NCBI GenBank assembly: GCA_963422645.2
Contig: CAXXVO010000004.1
Location: 320,001 to 384,000, forward strand
DNA: 64,000 bases
Direction of reading: 5' to 3'
DNA from: Alphaproteobacteria bacterium
GTDB lineage: Bacteria > Pseudomonadota > Alphaproteobacteria > UBA828
In this document: piece after piece, positions 60,805 to 64,000 of the stretch
Position numbering within the stretch: position 1 is the stretch's first letter
Layout: each line of letters starts with the position of its first letter
The notes under the pieces: model-generated
Database searches by the model: none
What the model saw: the letters and a program-made list of their open reading frames with translations, nothing else
Told to the model about the DNA's origin: nothing
Translations under genes and position numbers: made by a program

Positions 60805-61809
60805 ATGACACAGAAGATCGGCTGGGGCCTGATCGGCGCCTCCCGCATCGCGGCGGATTGGATGATCGACGCGATCCGCGCCCAGGGAGACAGCGACGTC
60901 GTCGCGGTCATGAGCAGCGATCAGGAACGGGGCAATGCATACGCGCGCGAGCACGGCATCGAGCGCGCCTACGGCGATCTCGACGCGCTGCTCGCCGACC
61001 CCGACGTGGACGCGGTCTACATCAGCACCACCAACGAGCTCCACTGTTCGCAAACCGTCGCGGCCGCTGAAGCAGGCAAGCATGTGCTGTGCGAGAAGCC
61101 GCTCGCGCTTACCGTCGCCGACGGGCAGCGCATGGTGGACGCCTGCGCGGCGGCCGGCTTGCAGATGGGGACCAACCACCACCTGCGCAACACGGTGGGC
61201 CACCGCGCCATCCGCGACATCGTGAGGGAGGGACGCATCGGGCGCATTCTCTCGGCGCGCATCTGCTTCGCGGTCGTGCTGCCGGAGCGCTTCCACGACT
61301 GGCGCGTCCGCGATCGGGAGGGCGGCGGCCCGATCCTGGACCTCGGCGTGCACGTAGCCGACACGATGCGGTTCTTGCTCGACGACGAGCCCGGCGACGT
61401 CGTCGCCCAGTCGGTGAATCACGGCATGACCGTGGCGGGTCTGGAGGACGAGGCGATGTCGGTGGTGCGGCTGCGTGGCGGAGCGCTGGTCCATTTGTTT
61501 CAGTCCTGGGCGGCGACCTACACGGAGTCCGACATCGAGATCCTCGGCAGCGAGGGGTTCGTGCGCGCCCGGAACGCGATGATGCCGACCACGCGTGCCG
61601 AGGTGGTGCTCAGCACCGCGGCGGGCGAGACGACCCTCGATCTTGAGGACGAGCCCGTCTATGAGCGCGTCGTCCGCCTCTTCAACGGGGCGATTCGGGG
61701 CGACGGCGAGCCGTCCTGCACCGGTCGGGACGGCGTGCGCTCGCTTGCGCTCGCGCTCGCCACCCGCGAGGCGGCCGCAACCGGCACCCGCGTGGCGGTC
61801 GAGACCTGA
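60805..61809 (+). CDS. Gfo/Idh/MocA family oxidoreductase
   Basis: WGLIGAS.IA, DAVYIST, GKHVLCEKPLA, GGG.ILDLGVH..D. Confidence 0.94.
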   Translation: MTQKIGWGLIGASRIAADWMIDAIRAQGDSDVVAVMSSDQERGNAYAREHGIERAYGDLDALLADPDVDAVYISTTNELHCSQTVAAAEAGKHVLCEKPLALTVADGQRMVDACAAAGLQMGTNHHLRNTVGHRAIRDIVREGRIGRILSARICFAVVLPERFHDWRVRDREGGGPILDLGVHVADTMRFLLDDEPGDVVAQSVNHGMTVAGLEDEAMSVVRLRGGALVHLFQSWAATYTESDIEILGSEGFVRARNAMMPTTRAEVVLSTAAGETTLDLEDEPVYERVVRLFNGAIRGDGEPSCTGRDGVRSLALALATREAAATGTRVAVET

Positions 61810-61816
61810 AGGCGCG

Positions 61817-61897
61817 GCCCAGCGGCTCTTTGGCATCGTCCTGGGCTACGAGGACCTGACCGACCACGACGCGGTGTGTCGCGATCCTGTGCTTGGG
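61817..61897 (+). pseudogene. Short internal remnant of an IS1380-family transposase
   Basis: Translates QRLFGIVLGYEDLTDHDAVCRDPVL, resembling the conserved GYEDxNDHD..R.DP block; no TIRs seen. Confidence 0.65.
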
Positions 61898-61945
61898 CTA
61901 GAGTGGACAGGTCACGAACGCGGACCGGATCGAGGAGGACTCGCC

Positions 61946-62338
61946 ATGTTGAAACGGCACAACCCCGCCACCGTCGTCGAGGCCTTTGGCGGCGGCTACA
62001 GCCAAGCGCTCGAAATCCCCGCAGGCGCCCGGCTCCTCTATACCGCAGGCCAGGTGGGCGTGGCGCCTGACGGCACGACGGCAGACGGCTTCGCCGCCCA
62101 GGCCGATCAGACTTGGGCCAACGTCCTCGCGCTGCTCGCCGAGGGCGGCATGGGCGTCGAGGACATCGTCAAGATCACCGGCTACATCGTCGGCCACGAA
62201 AACTTCCCGGCCTACGCGGCAGCGCGCAAGAAAGCGCTCGGCGGCATCCGCCCGGCATCGACCGCAATCATCGTGCCGGCGCTCGCGCTCCCCGAATGGC
62301 TGGTGGAGATCGAGGCGGTGGCTGCGAAGGTGGACTGA
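61946..62338 (+). CDS. RidA (YjgF/YER057c/UK114) family protein
   Basis: GAGGAGG RBS; YSQA, AGQVG, PAST...V..L..PEWLVEIEAVA. Confidence 0.93.
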   Translation: MLKRHNPATVVEAFGGGYSQALEIPAGARLLYTAGQVGVAPDGTTADGFAAQADQTWANVLALLAEGGMGVEDIVKITGYIVGHENFPAYAAARKKALGGIRPASTAIIVPALALPEWLVEIEAVAAKVD

Positions 62339-62380
62339 GCGGGCGCGCTGCAGGGCGCTGGCTGCAGGAGGAGAGGGACC

Positions 62381-62755
62381 ATGGTAACGCCATCCATGCA
62401 ATTGATCGGCGAGGCGCTGGCCGAGATCGCCAGCATCTCGGTGGACGAGGCGCTGACGCTCGTGGACGGCGGGGATGCAGTCTTCGTCGATGTGCGCGAG
62501 CGGGCCGAGCACGATGCCGGCGCCATCGCCGGCGCCGTGGCCGCGCCGCGCGGCTTCCTGGAGTTCATCGCCGACCCCACCTCGCCGATGCATAGCGCCG
62601 CGCTCTCGTCGGGCAAGCGGCTGGTGATCTATTGCGCCTCCGGCGGGCGCTCCGCGCTCGCCGCCAAGACGTTGCAGGACATAGGGTATTCGGGGGTCGC
62701 GAACCTTAGCGGCGGCTTCCAGGCCTGGACCGAGGCCGGCGGCCCCACCGAATGA
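62381..62755 (+). CDS. Rhodanese-like domain protein
   Basis: VDVRE, PRGFLEF.ADP, YCASGGRSALA, L.GGF.AW. Confidence 0.93.
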   Translation: MVTPSMQLIGEALAEIASISVDEALTLVDGGDAVFVDVRERAEHDAGAIAGAVAAPRGFLEFIADPTSPMHSAALSSGKRLVIYCASGGRSALAAKTLQDIGYSGVANLSGGFQAWTEAGGPTE

Positions 62756-62770
62756 CGCCGGGAGCGTCGG

Positions 62771-62878
62771 GCGGAACGACCGCATCATGAATGAGTGCGG
62801 AACGACCGCATCATGAATGAGTGCGGAACGACCGCATCATGAATGAGTGCGGAACGACCGCATCATGACTGAGTGCGG
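62771..62878. repeat. 26-bp tandem repeat, 4 units plus a partial unit
   Basis: Unit GCGGAACGACCGCATCATGAATGAGT at 62771, 62797, 62823 and 62849 (last has one mismatch); no spacers. Confidence 0.95.
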
Positions 62879-64000
62879 CACGTCTCCGCCGCTCGATACC
62901 GCCTTCGCCCGCGCGCACTTTCCGGCGCTCGCGGGCCCCTGGGCGCTGTTCGAGAACGCGGGCGGCACTCTCGCCGCGGCGCAGGTGCTAGACCGCATCC
63001 GCACCTACATGGCCGAGTACCAGGTGCAGCCGGGCGCGGCCTATCCCGCGTCCGCCCGCGCCGCGGAAATGATCGCAGAAAGCCACCGGGCGATGGCGGC
63101 CATGATCAACGCCCAGCCCGAAGAGGTGGTGATCGGGCCCTCCACCTCCATGAACGTCTTCCTCCTCGCCCAGGCGCTCAGGCCCGGCTTCCGCGAGGGC
63201 GACGAGATCGTCGTCACCAACCTCGACCACGAGGCGAACGTCGGCGCCTGGCGCAAGCTCGCGGCGGCAGGCATGACGGTGCGCGAGTGGCGCTTCGACG
63301 AGGGCAGCATGGCGTTGGAGCCGGAAGGTCTCGCGATATTGCTGAACGAGCGCACCCGCCTTGTCTGCTTCGGCCATTGCTCCAACATCACCGGCGGCTT
63401 TACCGACGTGCCGGGGCTGGTGCGCATGATCCACGACGCGGGCGCGCTCGCCTGTGTGGACGGCGTCGCCTACGCGCCGCACCGCGCCATCGACGTGAAG
63501 GCGTGGGATGTCGATTTCTACCTCTGCTCCACCTACAAGCTCTACGGGCCGCACCTGGCACTCCTCTACGGCAAGCGCGCGCACTTCGAGCGAGCGGCGC
63601 CGCTCAACCATTTCTTCCTCGACGATGAGCTGCCGCTGAAGCTGAATCCAGGCGGTCCCAACCACGAGCTGAGCGCGGGCCTCGCCGGCGTCACCGCCTA
63701 TCTCGACGCGCTTCATGCCCACCATGAGGGGGAGACCAATCTCCCGCTCCACGCTCGCCTCGCCGCGATCTTCGAGCTCATCGCGGCGCATGAGGAGGCC
63801 CTGGTTGCACCGCTGCTGGACTTCCTCGCGGCGAAGCCCGGTGTCCGCCTGATCGGCAACCCGAGCGCCGACCGGTGCTTGCGGGCGCCCACGGTCGCCT
63901 TCGCGGTCGAGGGCCGGGATGCCGGCGCGATCGCCGGCGCGGTCGCATCGCACCGGGTCGCCATCGGCGCCGGCGACTTCTATGCCGCCCGCTGCATCGA
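62865..64000 (+). CDS. Class V aminotransferase / cysteine desulfurase-like PLP enzyme (runs off the window)
   Basis: Absent from the ORF track because no stop lies in the window. Reads MTECGTSPPLDTAFARAHFPAL..FENAGG, LDHEAN..W, VDGVAYAPH, STYKLYGPH. Confidence 0.9.
   Translation, partial: MTECGTSPPLDTAFARAHFPALAGPWALFENAGGTLAAAQVLDRIRTYMAEYQVQPGAAYPASARAAEMIAESHRAMAAMINAQPEEVVIGPSTSMNVFLLAQALRPGFREGDEIVVTNLDHEANVGAWRKLAAAGMTVREWRFDEGSMALEPEGLAILLNERTRLVCFGHCSNITGGFTDVPGLVRMIHDAGALACVDGVAYAPHRAIDVKAWDVDFYLCSTYKLYGPHLALLYGKRAHFERAAPLNHFFLDDELPLKLNPGGPNHELSAGLAGVTAYLDALHAHHEGETNLPLHARLAAIFELIAAHEEALVAPLLDFLAAKPGVRLIGNPSADRCLRAPTVAFAVEGRDAGAIAGAVASHRVAIGAGDFYAARCI

Noticed and set aside
62771-62878. 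Possible CRISPR array
   Set aside because: Units are directly adjacent with no unique spacers, and there are no cas genes in the window.

Overview
High-GC bacterial chromosome segment, probably alphaproteobacterial (inferred from gene content and order). It has three parts. (1) 1-19 kb is a mobile-element-rich zone. It holds two of three copies of a 1,888-bp single-gene IS66 (the third is at 38.4-40.3 kb), and one copy contains a nested, unclassified 2.5-kb IS. There is also a second IS66 carrying a translationally coupled DNA adenine methyltransferase, and a DUF4338-IS4 element split by a 2.8-kb large-serine-recombinase (LSR) element. (2) 19-38 kb is a large cobalamin biosynthesis cluster (cobW-N-O-Q, cobD, cbiX, cobH-L-I, cbiG/cobJ, cobM, cobK, cbiD, cobA, cobB) whose 5' end is cut by the IS4. 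(3) 40-64 kb holds a class A PBP gene, gyrB-recF-dnaN-dnaA and an inositol-type catabolic/ABC cluster with a Rieske ferredoxin, a membrane di-iron hydroxylase and a divergent PanB paralogue. Top observation: the first gene of the LSR element appears split across its two ends. The RBS and ATG lie at the right end and the gene body at the left end, and they join in frame only in the excised circle, where the stop codon overlaps the recombinase start. Family names come from motif recognition by eye; no database searches were run.
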